From assembly GCF_009914755.1 (NCBI RefSeq), contig NC_060942.1: DNA of 64,000 bases, one strand, 5' to 3'. The position numbers were made by a program, and so were the translations under genes. This DNA comes from the human T2T-CHM13v2.0 reference genome, Homo sapiens. Below the pieces are notes generated by a model that did no database searches, was not told the DNA's origin, and was given only the letters and a program-made list of their open reading frames with translations. Of this stretch, positions 38,641 to 52,663 are shown one piece after another. Position 1 is the first letter of the stretch, and every line of letters begins with the position of its first letter.

Positions 38641-41600
38641 GCTTGAGAGCTGGGGTCCGTCCAGGCTATCTGACTCCTCAGCCTGTGCTCTCGTCAGCTT
38701 GGCATGCCGCCTTCTGTGGTGGATAAAGACCATCAGTGCTGCAGGAGCAGCAACCAACGCCTTAATGTGTAGATTTTGTTATCTGTTTTTTTCTACTTTA
38801 ATTTGGTGGCTTTGTACATCTGCCGTGTATGTCTGCTTACGTTGTATCATGGCCATCTTTTCTCTGCAGGCATCCTTAGTCGCCTTAACTTGGATTTTTT
38901 TAAACTTCCAGATTGCTAATTTCCCTTGTATTACATTTCATTCCTGATAGACATGCAGCTTCCTTGAGGAGGAGCTCCCTGCCTCTGTGTCCTGCCCCAC
39001 ACTCCGTAACGCTAGGCTTCGTTTAGAGAGGAGCTTTTCAACTCTTGTTAGATGTCCTAAATTGTACTTAATTGAAAATATGTAAATATAGTTGCATATA
39101 GAAATATAGAGGATTTGTTTCACTTCTCCTGACAATATGACCACAGCGTATACCACTACCTTTTACCAGCTGGCTGCAGACAGCCCCTTACTCCGATGTC
39201 ATTGTGTAGACGGGAAATTTGTTTTTGATAGGCTTCACCACACCAGCAGGAATCTGGTCCATTAGGGAACTGTGGCTGGGCTGCTTTATTCTGGGAGAAA
39301 AGTTGAGACCCTAATGGGAGGCGAGAAAAAACAAAAGATAGGCTCAAAGTAAGGAGAAAAAGGGATAGTGTATGTTTTGTGTGTGTGCATGTGCGTGCAC
39401 GTGGACACACACTTTTACATACCCACATAAATGTATTTTACACATATTTTAGTCATTGTGGTACCTCAATTGACTTAATTTCTATTGACTTTTCCAATAT
39501 TAATATGTTCAATATTTTATAACAAAATTTAATGCTTTCTAAAGGGAAAGAGGCCAGTTTCAATATTAATGCCAATTAGAAAAGCATTTTTTGATCATTT
39601 GGCTCACTTAAGATAATCTCAAAAACCAACTTACCCAGAAACAGTTACTTGGGAGAAACAGACAAAATGTTACTTCTGAGTAATTATTTTCAAAATAGAT
39701 ACTTGTGTTACTGTGATCTCTTTGTATACTATTGTTAATATATATCTTTAATCTATATCATAAATGACTATGATTAAATAGCTATATGATTATGTCAATA
39801 CAGATATTATATTAAGCTTCTCTCCTTCCACTTAGGATATAAAATAAAAAATGTTGGGCAAAGGAGAAAATAATATGAAAGTTTTCATTGTTGTTTATTA
39901 GGAAATCAGTCCTTTAAGAAAGACTGGCATTATAATCATGCAATAATTATTAATGTTTTAGTTAATGAAACTAGTCATAATTTTTTTTCAAGTATTATAT
40001 AACATAATTTTATCATTTGTTACTAAGCAGTGAAGTTATATTGGATTAGATGTCACTGCTTTTATATAACCCACATATTTTTATATTTACATTTTAGATT
40101 ATGAGTGTATGAAACCGCAACACACAGGGGAAGGGGTATTCCTAAACTATTGTCCAATCCAATGTCTAACCTTAGCCCATTCCAGCCACCAGTGAACTTC
40201 ATCAACACCATCATTGCCATCCTTTCGAGTGACCATTCTAGTCCAGTACTTGACAAAGGAAATAAATGACATTATCAGTAGGGAAAATAAGGACAGGTGT
40301 CACTGGATATATCCACTCTAAATGGAGCCCCAAGCATTGTAATTCAGTTTAATCCTAAAGGTGTTGTTATATGTTACAAGCCAGTCGTGCAGTCTACAGA
40401 TGCTATTGATATAGTGATGCTGGAGGAGTGATAGTCCAGAGATAAGGACCTAAGTGTGGATCTCATGAAGTCAGTGTTTGAGGGGAGAGGAAGGAGTGAG
40501 TGAATCCAGTTAGGAGTTTGGAACCCTGAGGGTAGTGCTGAGGGGCCGTTTAGGGTCGTTTAGGGATGGGCTGAGCTGCAGAAGTTGTGGGGACCGCAAG
40601 TCCAGAGGAACTGGAGAGAAACTGAAGGAGAGTGTTTACACAGGCACATCTCGGGGAGCCACTGGGTCAGGAATCTGATGTATTTGGAGAGAGTAGTTTA
40701 ATTCTGGGGCATGGGGTAAATTTGGTGCCAGTAGAGAAGGGACCTGGGAATTGAGAGAGTTCAACCTAGATTTGGTAGAGGACATAGCTGAAATCAAAGG
40801 AAAAGTTGCAAACCCCAGAATCAGCATTTAAGGATGAGCCAGTAGCCAACAGGGAGATGAATCAGGAAAATAGCTGATATATGGAGCTGGCGCTGGGCTA
40901 GCCTTGGTTGTAGGTTAATCAGTTTTCTAACTTTGGCACAATCAGTATGTCTTTACTCCAAAGCAAGTATTATTCTTCATAAGAGCTACATTGTGATGTA
41001 CTGGGTAAGGAGAAATAAAAGGTTAAGTCCTGTTGGCAAAAATTTCAATGAAATAATGTTCCAAATACCCCAAGTAACCCTGTTTTCCAAGGTGGTGATA
41101 ACTAAGTGGGTACCCGAGTCACATCAAGTCTCAGGACCTGACCAGCAGCAGATTTCTGGATCTGCACATTCTCGACACATCTTCCGATGTTTGTGAGGTC
41201 AGGGAAAGGACTTCATCAGGCTCGGCCAGCCATCCTCTCTCCCTGCACACACGGTGCACGTGTTCCTGTCTGTCTGTGCTGGCAGAGTCCACAGGAGACC
41301 ATCAGTGGCAAGACCATACTTTTTTGTACATTACATGATTCCTACTTCAGAAAGCTCTAACTTAAGGAAGTTCATCTATAGGTTGAGCCAAAATATTCTT
41401 CCTTGTAACTTGCCTTGTTTCTGGTTCTTTTTTCTGAAGTTCCTCATTAGAAGTCAAATTCCTATTTTAAAGTATCCACCCCTTTTACTTCATCTTGAAA
41501 AGTTGCTTCTTTCCTAAACTTCAGGTCAAAAATGAATCCCCAGCCTCCAGCTTAATCCAGTTATAGACGTTCATTGTTTATCAAATTGAATAACTTTTTA

Positions 41601-43832
41601 GTATCCTCCTGTCTGTGTCACATCCCCACTTCCTCATCACATCCAGCTCTCCGTCCTGCTTGCATTCCTCCTGACATCCACCAGCCTGTCCTTGCTGGCC
41701 TCGGTGTGGCCCACGTGTGCCCACAACAGAGACCCTGCTCTTGACGTCCTCTATTCCAAGGGGATAATAAGGTTTTTGGCAGCCATTCTGTTTTATTGGT
41801 TTATATAAAACTTCATAAGCTAAAATCTCTTCATCCTTCTTCCCCAAACTGTACTCATTTTGTTTTTAAACCAAAATATAAGACTACAGTTGTCTTTCTC
41901 CAATGTCATGAGCTCCTTTGTCATTTTTCCATTCTAGTGTACACACACTGTGTCCTGACATAATATGTGCAGCAAGCATTACATTGCTGCTGATGTTGAG
42001 ATGAAGATTTGTATCAGTGGGTGTCGTGATGTGATGAAGGGACAGTGGTGAATTTAGTCAGGGTTGGTTTCATGGAGGAGAGGCGTGTTGAGCCGTGACT
42101 GGAAGGAAGGAAGGAATATGCCTGGGAGAAGGATGGGCTGCTGGGGTGGATGTAGTGTCTTGTCCAGGGCTTTCATGGCTGGACGGTGTGATCTCATCTG
42201 CATTCTCAGCATTGGTCTTCAGGTTGCAGTTCTTGAAACATGACTTCATCAATAGCTAGGGAGAATCTGACAAAGTCGTAATCACTAAATTTTGTGAGAT
42301 AATTACATAGATCATAGTGTTTTTCCTTTAAATTGAGAAATATTGTCAAGCAGACTGGGATACTCATGTCAGCAGTCAACATATTTTCTTGTAGAAAAGC
42401 TACTTGTGAAGCCAAGTTATAATCAGAATGTTGCTTTCTGAGTTTAAAACCAGAAGAGAGTAAGTGAGTTGAACTTAAGAGAAAGTCCTGACTCTGATAG
42501 CCTGGGCCATAACCTGCAGCTTTAGGCCCCACCCAGTGGCCTAGGACTGTGGACGTGGGACTCCAGGATGCCTCCTACCCTGAGTGCAGCTGAAGGTTGC
42601 CTTTTCTCATGCCCCGTGAGGTTGTCGTTCTTCGCTTTCCCTATCCTACAATTGTCAGTTCTACCATGGGGGCAACCGGCACAGTCAGCCCACGCCCCTC
42701 AGCCAACCGTGAGTCAGTCCCGTCGCCCTTTCCATAGGCAGATGCTTCACTCGCGGCCAGCTTATTTGGGAGGTGTTGCATTTTTTAATTACGTTAACTT
42801 ACGGGGTTTTTTGGAATAATTCACTCTCTCCTCTCTGTTGTCTTCCTAGTGGAGCATTCTAGATGAGGGATTGAATTTTGAAATTGTTCTAAGGAATAAA
42901 CAGGAGAGGGTTACAATCTGTTATTCTTAATAGAGATTAGGAACTTGAAAATGTCAGTTTGTGTAAACATAAAGATATTTATGTAGTAAGTATCTAATTA
43001 GTGAATTCCCTGGATGTCAGCATTGACAGTTGCTATTTTATTCACTGAATAATTTCAAGGTGAGTTCTATTATGAGAGGAAGGAAGGTAGACAGTGCCGT
43101 AATGGGAAGCTCTTTACAGACTGGGCGGGGATTTTAAAACTCTCTGAGCCTGTTTTATTTCCATAGAATGTGTTATGGTACAGATCTTCAAGATGTAATG
43201 AGGTCATGTTTGTAAAGCTCCACCTCTGGCATATGCTGTGTACTCAACAAGCGGCAGCCCTCCAGGGTAAGAGTACTTCTAGGGGAAAGTGATGATTTGT
43301 GGTTTTTGATGAAGAGTTTAGAATGCCTTTCCCACCTCTGCTTCCTTGTTACCTGGCAGAGGGACACATGTTTTAAGATGAACTGAAGCCATTGCCTGTT
43401 TTTTGAAGCCTTCTAGGAACTGCTCAGGTATTTGTGAGCTCTCCCTTGTTTGGAGAACCATAACCCACGTCTCACTTACACTGTGAAGTGGTCTAAAAAT
43501 GTTCGTCTTCACCTACGAGACTCTGGACGTCTTTGAGTATTCATTCCTTCATTCTTTCATTATGTATTAAGGTCCTTATTATAGATGAGGCTGATGTAAG
43601 TGCCTGCGATAAAACAGTGGAAAAGATCAGCAAAAGAGAACACTGTCGTCGTTGTCATCATTTACTGAGTGTGGGTTAGGGATGTCAGAAAACACAAATA
43701 AATGAATTAGAAGGTTGTTTAAGATAAAGGTTAAGTAAGTGTTCTAAAGGTGAGAAAGCAGGATTTGGGTCTCAGGGTTGCAGGGAGATTATTTTGAGTT
43801 GCCTCCTCACAGTGGGCCTGTCGAGGAGGGAG

Positions 43833-44013
43833 CACCTGAGCTGCATTGGCCATGAGGAGGAGCCCCGTCATATACACACCTGAGCTGCATTGGGTTTGAT
43901 GAGGAGCCCGCCGTGCACACACCTGAGCTGCATTGGCCATGACGAGGAGCTGGTCATATACACACCTGAGCTGCATTGGGTTTGACGAGGAGTCCGCCAT
44001 GCATACACCTGAG
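43833..44013. repeat. 43-44 bp tandem repeat, about 4.2 copies, alternating A-B-A-B variants
   Basis: CACCTGAG at 43833, 43877, 43920, 43963, 44006; the first four continue CTGCATTGG. Spacers alternate CCATGA...GTCATATACA and GTTTGA...CGCCRTGCA. Confidence 0.93.
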
Positions 44014-45585
44014 ACACAAGCTATGCAGGCAGAGGGTGAGTAAGCCGGGGCTCTCAGACATGAGCAAGCTTTGCCTGTCTAAGCCCTCACTGATGGTGTC
44101 ATATAAACATTGGCATAAAGGGACTGAGTGAATAGAATCATAGCTAGCAAAAAGTGTTCTGCACTAATTTTGGCATGTGACAGTAGGGTCTGAAATCAAA
44201 GATTTTAGCAGAGGTCTTGGTTCCTCATCATTTTCAGTGAGGAAGTCACTGGGCATGTGACTTCTAAGAGGAAGGGGACACCCATGCGCACACAAAAACT
44301 CTTTCAATAATTGCAGGGTTGACAGGTGGATAGGATTTGAATGGAGAGGCGGAAGTTACTGGACACTTGGATGATGCCTTTAATAACTTTTCTTCTTCCA
44401 CAATGCCAAGTTTATTTTGTTCTTCATTACATTTTACTTACTGAACATTTTCTGAGACCAGGACTTGAGAATGTTTGTATATAACCTACTTTTCATAAAG
44501 TCTAGTCTTTCATCTTTTCTGTGTAACCTCAAAGAGAGTCTTAAGACACAGTGTTTAATACTATAGGATAATATTTGTGTTTCTTACCTTGTCCTCCAGA
44601 TAGATTTTCCATTTCAAAAGAACTGTTCAAGATCGCAATACTTCACAAATGTAGGTGCTAAATTTTGAATTTAAATTAGACCATCATCATCAGTATTGTC
44701 ATGACAATCGTTGTTTAAGAGGCAGCAGGATAAAAACTTCCTTTCTACTGGGAAGTAGTGGTTTGAATTTGGACTCTGGCTCCTAAGTCTCCTTTTAGTC
44801 CTCCTGATTCTAACATCCACCCTTCTGCTTCTGGGACAATTTCCCCTTTTTAACTTGCATGCAACCATCATGCCATTGAACTTGTATGTGTCTGTCTTTC
44901 TGAGTTTATTCTTTGTAGCATCCTTTTGTTCTGTTGAGGTTGTGTTTCTATGTATCTTGAATTTTTTTCTATGCCCACTTAGAGAAAACTTGCCAATTTT
45001 GACATCTCTAAACGGAATACACTTGGGAACTTGGGAATGCCTTTGTTATCCTTCCAGGCAAGATCTTCCCAGCACACTTCTACTTTAATTAGCTTGATTT
45101 CAGCACAGTTTGTAATTCCTGGATTTAAGCACAAATCTGATAAATTATGTCATTTGATACATGAAGTGAAACGTATAAAGGTTGAAATTTTTAGGATTTG
45201 AGCCTTCTCCAAAAGTGAGAAATGATTAAAATCACAGACATGGTGACATTGAAGATGGCATAATGACCCTAAATAGTCATCCTATGTTGTTGAAATGAGT
45301 AGACATTTCTATGGGAGTTGCATCCAACAGTGTGGCTTCTTTATGCAAACTTCAGGGCCTATGCTTAGTGTGCATTTGTATAACTCATTTAACCAGTTAC
45401 TAATATCACAAGTGCTTTCACCCCATTTTCTAGTGGCTTTATATTCTCTGATTTTGTATAATTGAAGATCAGTGGTTTTCTCTGAAGTTTGAAATCCTAA
45501 CGCAAGTACCGTGTTCATTTAGGTAAAAGTGCCTCTTTTTGGCACTTTTAGGATTATTGTGAAGTGAAATGAGATGACAAATGTA

Positions 45586-46514
45586 GAGGACTGGGTGGAG
45601 GGATAGGAGAAGGTCCTGAGTGTGGACTGGGTGGAGGGATAGGAGAAGGTCCTGAGTGAGTGCTTGGTGGAGGGATAGGAGAAGGTCCTGAGTGAGTGCT
45701 TGGTGGAGGGATAGGAGAAGGTCCTGAGTGAGTGCTTGGTGGAGGGATAGGAGAAGGTCCTGAGTGAGTGCTTGGTGGAGGGATAGGAGAAGGTCCTGAG
45801 TGAGGACTGGGTGGAGGGATAGGAGAAGGTCCCGACTGAGTGCTTGGTGGAGGGATAGGAGAAGGTCCTGAGTCAGTGCTTGGTGGAGGCATAGGAGAAG
45901 GTCCTGAGTCAGTGCTTGGTGGAGGGATAGGAGAAGGTCCTGAGTCAGTGCTTGGTGGAGGGATAGGAGAAGGTCCTGAGTGTGGACTGGGTGGAGGGAT
46001 AGGAGAAGGTCTTGAGTCAGTGCTGGGTGGAGGGATAGGAGAAGGTCCTGAGTCAGTGCTGGGTGGAGGGATAGGAGAAGGTCCTGAGTCAGTGCTGGGT
46101 GGAGGGATAGGAGAAGGTCCTGAGTGTGGACTGGGTGGAGGGATAGGAGAAGGTCCTGAGTGAGGACTGCATGGAGGGATAGGAGAAGGTCCTGAGTGAG
46201 TGCTTGGTGGAGGGATAGGAGAAGGTCCTGAGTCAGTGCTGGGTGGAGGGATAGGAGAAAGTCCTGAGTCAGTGCTGGGTGGAGGGATAGGAGAAGGTCC
46301 TGAGTGTGGACTGGGTGAAGGGATAGGAGAAGGTCCTGAGTGAGGACTGGGTGGAGGGATAGGAGAAAGTCCTGAGTGAGGACTGGGTGGAGGGATAGGA
46401 GAAGGTCCTGAGTGAGGACTGGGTGGAGGGATAGGAGAAGGTCCTGAGTGAGGACTGGGTGGAGGGATAGGAGAAGGTCCTGAGCGAGGACTGGGTGGAG
46501 GGATAGGAGAAGGT
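45586..46514. repeat. 36-bp purine-rich minisatellite, 26 copies without indels
   Basis: Unit GGTGGAGGGATAGGAGAAGGTCCTGAGT[GAGTGCTT/CAGTGCTK/GWGGACTG]; GTGGAG at 45595 and 46495 is exactly 25 x 36 bp apart. Confidence 0.98.
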
Positions 46515-46599
46515 GCTGCTTTCCCATTTTACATCTTCTCTAGTTTATAGCCTCTTTTTGTAGATGGGAGTCTTTTAAATGCTTTCCATTCATTAACTT

Positions 46600-47133
<534 letters not shown>

Positions 47134-50100
47134 GTTTGCAAAGTGCCCAGATAATTGCAGTAGAATGAGGTTTCTGTGGTTTTTAGCTGGGTTGAGAAAT
47201 GTGTTCACCAATCTTGAACATGTGAATTACCCACCCACCCACTCCCTACATTCTCTTCCCAAGTCTGTAGTGCTTCGGATCAGACCCTAACTTGCACTAT
47301 GAATCTCTCCTTCTGTGACGTTTTGGGAACAGCAGCAGTTGACTTTGGCCATGTGAAGGGTAACACAGAAAAATACGTTCATTAGGTTATGTATTTAATC
47401 AAAACTAGTTTTCATGGAAGTTTAGAAGGCCATTTCCTTTAGCCATTTCCTTTGTTTTCATTATTCATTTAATAAAGACTTTAGTAATGATGCTTGTTTT
47501 TTATTTTCTTTATTCCTTGCTTTTGACATGGTGTCAGTGGTGTGTTTGCTCATCACTATCTGTATCCTATACATCAGGGACATTTTCATGTCATTGAAAT
47601 GGAAGCAACACAGAAACTTTCTTTTGAGTGTTTCCTAATGTATGAAAAATTCCCTTTGGTGGTTTTACTGTATTTACTCAGGGACACAATGATTTCCTCA
47701 AATACCCCAAACTGTAAGTATCTTCACAACAGCCCAAAACATTCAGCATGATATAATGTCATTTGGCATACTCTCTCATCTTAAACATCTGTCAGATGCA
47801 TACTGACATGGCGTGGGCCCCTGTTTCTCCAGCACAGAGGACCCAGGGGCTAGAGCAGGATCTGGCCCACAATAGACATTTCCTAGGTGTCTCTGTGGGA
47901 ATGGATGGGCCTAGGCCCTTTGTGAACTGACCCCCGCCACTCTTGGGCTCATTCCTCTTCATTCCTTCCCACATCCTGCGCCTCAGCCCTCTTGAACTAC
48001 GGGTATACGCCAAATATGCCATGCCCAGTCCTCCATGTCTCGTCTCCTAAGGCCTTGGCCTTTGCACACATACAGCACCCTCTTCCCTCTCCTGGTGCTG
48101 GGAAGCTGAGCCGCTCTGATTCCAAGAGTCAATTCTGAAACCCTTCTGAGTGGACACAGTGTCCTACCTACCTCCCTTCAGCACTTACGTGCTCTGTTGA
48201 AATCACCTGGTTGGCTGTCCAGCTCTCCTACTGTAAACTCTTTGAAGGCCTGAGACTCGGCTGAGGGTTTTGATGAAAGAATTAACAAATGAATGAATGA
48301 ATGCTGGCAGTGTCTATGTTCCTGGCTGGAAATCTTATTCACCTGAACAATAGATGCCTATCATTCTTGTATACAAAGAGATTATCCTGCTCTGACAGTT
48401 AATGCATGGTCTTCATCCCACATCAGCCCCTTCTTCCAGCAGCCACATAGAATCATTGGAGCTCCACAGTTCTCCCCGGTTTCTTTGTAAAATCCAATCG
48501 CACTTTCTTTAGCTCTAATTTTTCTCTCATTTCCATTGACTAACCTTCATTCCTTTTTTTTTTTTTTTTTGTCCTGAATGGAACATTCCCAAGTACTGCA
48601 ACAAACCATTGGGTTATGCATTGCCTTTAAATATCCAGTTCACTCCATATCTGACTTTTCACATTATTTGTAATATGAGTAACAGTGAAAGCCAGTGAAG
48701 TATGGTCCTGTGTAATAATTCATTAATAACTTTGGAAGTGATTACTTATTTAATTGTCTCCTTACAACTGTACCCATTTGGTAGAGCTCACTGGACCTGC
48801 AGGTTATCGGGTGGTAATATTTTCAGAGCATCATGTTAGTAATCCTTACGCCCTTGTTACCTTTCTTGGTCAAACCCTGATACATTGTTAAGAACTACTC
48901 GATTTTTTTTTAATCCATGTTTTACATGTTACAAAACAATTTATAAAGAACTCTCAGTTTTCTGCATTGTAGTGGACCCAAATTTTATAGCAAAATCTCC
49001 TCATTTATGCAGCAATCTTAGAATTTGTTAAGAAGAGGAAATGTTCATTGAAAGCAAATTATTCCACATTTTATTGTTTTTACATTCAGCTTTTTAAACA
49101 ACACTATTATAAAACAATATCTATGTTACTTTTTAAAATTTCAGATGGCTTATACTTTAATGGCTTTAGAATAATTCCATTTTGTTATACTTTGCAGATT
49201 TTTAACTAGAGAATTTAATATATGAAAAAAGTGTTGCAACAATTATCCCATCTTTTCGTGGAAAATTCTATGCCTGTAAACATATTAGCAAAGTGTCTAT
49301 TTCTTAGTTGAGTTTGAATTGCTCTTCAGAAAGAGAAGCAGCTGCTATTAACAGGCCTCATTACAGCTGCCTCTTGACCTTGAGTGAATAGAAATATTTG
49401 TGGCGCCCTCTTGGGGAACAGTAATGTCTTTTCCAGCCATGGTCAAACTTGTCAGTGCCTGAAACCTCTATTGACCGCGCCTATCACGTGAAGCCTACTT
49501 GGACAGGCGTTAAGTGTAAGACTAGGAGGCAGAGCAGTTATATAACAGACTTTCATATGTAGCTCCCACTGTCGTGTACATGGATCCCTGGACCCCAAAT
49601 GGATGGGATGTGGTATTCTAGTGTCTGGCCATGTACTAAGCACTGAAGTCACAGTCCTTGTGAGGGATCATGTTATAGGGGTAGGTAGCAATGCACACTG
49701 TACCCATATGCACATGCATCTCTTGCCACCTGATCTTTGAGTTTATCTTACAAACATCAGCTTTATGCCCTCTCAGGATTTGGGGTGGTTGGCAATAAAA
49801 TCACTAAGCAAATGAATGAAGAAAAATCTGATGATAGTTTCAAAAGCACTTTTTTTGTTTGTAACCTTGGAATTTCTTGTATGTATAATACAATCAAAAT
49901 TTATCCATCTTGCTTTGTCAAGTAAGAAAGTACTACAAATGAATCATCTGAAATGCTTGATTCAACAACCTATCATCCGGGTTTTTTTTTTTTTTTTTTT
50001 TGGTTCTTCTGAACCAATATTATAACCAAACTTTTAAATTGTTGTCTTTTTTCTTTTTCATTTCCTGGTTTTAAATATTTCATTGTTGACTTTTATTACA

Positions 50101-50423
50101 TACATTTAATTTCATTTGCATTCTACAAACAAATGCTGAATGTTAATATTTTCTTGCTTTTTGATCCATAGGATTCATTTTTGTAACCAAGATTTCTCAA
50201 AGTGTTGCACAGAACAGACAGTTGATATCAGAAGCACCTGGGGTGGGTGTCTGCTCCCTACCCTCCCTTTAGATGTCTGCTAAAATTCAGAGCCTATGTG
50301 AAAAACTAGAATGGCTTCTTGTATGGCACAGAGATCTGCATTTTCGTGTGTATCTATATGATTGCCTTAGCAGTAGAAAGAACCTCTTCATTTTGGGTCT
50401 TAGATATAGTGTACGTGTAGTCC

Positions 50424-52345
50424 CATTTTTTATTTTAATTTTTGTGAGTACATAGTAGGTGTATGTATTTATGGCATACCTGAGATGTTTAGATACAGGC
50501 ATGCAATCATGGAGAGTGAAGCATGCATCCCCTCAAGCATTTATCCTTTGTGTTACTAACAATCCAATTATACTCTTATTTTAAAATGTACAATTAAATT
50601 ATTATGTACTATAGTTACCCTGTTGCACTACCAAATGGTAGGTCTTATTTATTCTTTCCAATTTTTTTATACACATTAACTATCTCTTTCTCTCCCCACC
50701 CTGCCATTACCCTTCTCAGCCCCAGGTAACCATCATTCTGTCAACTGTCTCCATGAGTTCAATTGTTTTAATTTTTAGATCCCACAAATAAATGAGAACA
50801 TGTGATGTTCTCATTTATTTCTGTGTCTGGCTTATTTCACTTAACATAATGACCTCCAGTTCTATCCATGTTATTGCAGATAACAGGATTTCATTCTGTT
50901 TTATGGCTGTATAGTACTCCATTGTATATATCTACTGCATTTTCTTTATTCATTTGTCATCTGTTGATGGACACTTAGGTTGCTTCCAAATCCTGGCTAT
51001 TGTGAACAGTGTTGCAACAAACATGGGAGCACAGATATCTTTTTGATGTATGGATTACCTTTATTTTGTGTATATACCCAGCAGTGGGATTGCTGGATTA
51101 TATAGTAGCTCTACTTTTAGTTTCTTGAGGAAGTTCCAAACTGTTCTCTGTAGTGGTTATACTTATGTTCCCAACAACACTGTTTAAGGGCTCCTTCTCT
51201 CCACATTTTCTTTGGCATTTTTGTTGCTTGCCTTTTGAATATAAGCCATTTTAACTGGAGTGAGATGATGCAATATCTCATTGTAGTTTTGATTTACATT
51301 TTGATTGATGATCGATGATGTTGAGCACCTTTCCATATGCCTGTTTGCCATTTATGTCTTCTTTTGAGAAATGTCTATTCAAATCTTTTGCCCATTTTAA
51401 AATCAGATTATTAGATTTTTTTCCTTAAGAGTTGTTTGAGCTTCTCATATATTCTGGTTATTAATCCCTTGTCAGATAGGCAGCTTGCAGATATTTTCTC
51501 CCATTCTGTGCATTATTGCTTCACTTTGTTGATTGTTTTCTTTATTGTGCAGAAGCTTTTTAACTTGATGTGATCACATTTGTCCATTTTTGCTTTGGCA
51601 GGCTGTGCTGGTGGGGTATTTCGCAAGAAATTTTTGCCCAGACCAGTGTCCTAGAGAGTTTCCCCAGTGTTTTCTTGTAGTACTTTCATAGTTTGAGGTC
51701 TTAGATTTAAGTCTTTAATCCATTTTTATTTGATTTTTGTATATGGTGAGAAATAGGGGTCTAGTTTCATTCTTCTGCATGTGGATATCTAGTTTTCCCA
51801 GCACCATTTATTGAAGAGGCTGTCTTTTCCACAGTGAATGTTCTTGGAACCTTTATTGAAAATGGGTTCACCGTAGGTATGTGGATTTGTTTCTGGGTTC
51901 TGTATTCTGTTCCCTGGGTCTGTGTGTCTGTTTTTATGCCAATACCATGCTGTTTTGGTTACTGTAGCTCTGTAGTGTAATTTGAAGTCAGGTAATGTGA
52001 TTCCTCCAGTTTTGTTATTTTTGCTTAGGATAGTTTTGGCTATTCTGGGTCTTTTCTGATTTCATATAAATTTTAGGATTTTGTGTTTCTGTGGAGAATG
52101 TCATTGGCATTTTGATAGAGATTGCATAGAATCTGTAGATTGTTTTGGGTGATATGGACATTATAACAATATTGATTTTTCCAATCCATGAATGTGGAAT
52201 ATGTTTTCATTTTTTGATGTCCTCTTCAATTTCTTTCATCAGTGTCTTAAAGTATTCATTATAGAGATCTTTTACTTCTTTGGTTAATTCTTAGATATTT
52301 AATTTTATTTGTGGCTATTGTAAATGGGATTACTTTTTAAATTTA
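50424..52345 (-). mobile_element. L1MA-type (L1MA1-3-like) 5'-truncated element, about 1.9 kb
   Basis: Antisense 3' UTR tttttgtgagtacatagtaggtgtatgtatttatgg...cccctcaagcatttatcctttgtgttac, followed by continuous antisense ORF2 sequence. Confidence 0.93.
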
Positions 52346-52379
52346 TTTTTTATGTCCCAAATTTTTAAAGAAAGGTAGA

Positions 52380-52663
52380 GGCCAGACACAGTGGCTCACA
52401 CCTGTAATCTGAACACTTTGGGAGACTGAGGCAGGAGCATCACTTGAGCCCAGGAGTTTGAGACCAGCCTGGGCAACATAGGGAAACCTCGTCTCTACAA
52501 AATATTTAAAAAAGTATCCAAGCATATGCTTGTGATCCCAGCTACTCCGGAGGCTGAAGTGGGAGGATCACCTGAGCCTGGGAGGTTGAGGCTGCAGTAA
52601 TTGTGCTGCTGCACTCCATCCTGGGCGACAGAGACCCTAACACGAAAAAAGAAAGAAAGAAAG
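52380..52663 (+). mobile_element. Alu, AluJ family, with small deletions and a (GAAA)n tail
   Basis: ggccagacacagtggctcacacctgtaatc...cacttgagcccaggagtttgagaccagcctgggcaacatag...gaggttgaggctgcagt. Confidence 0.94.

Noticed and set aside
43833-44013. CRISPR-like direct repeats (17-bp constant part plus about 26-bp spacers)
   Set aside because: The spacers are homologous to each other in an A-B-A-B pattern, so this is an ordinary diverged tandem repeat.
45469-46527. 352-aa minus-strand ORF with a 12-aa repeat (LLLSLHPVLTQD)
   Set aside because: It is open only because the 36-bp unit is a multiple of 3 with no stop in that frame; there is no evidence of a promoter, splicing or a known domain.
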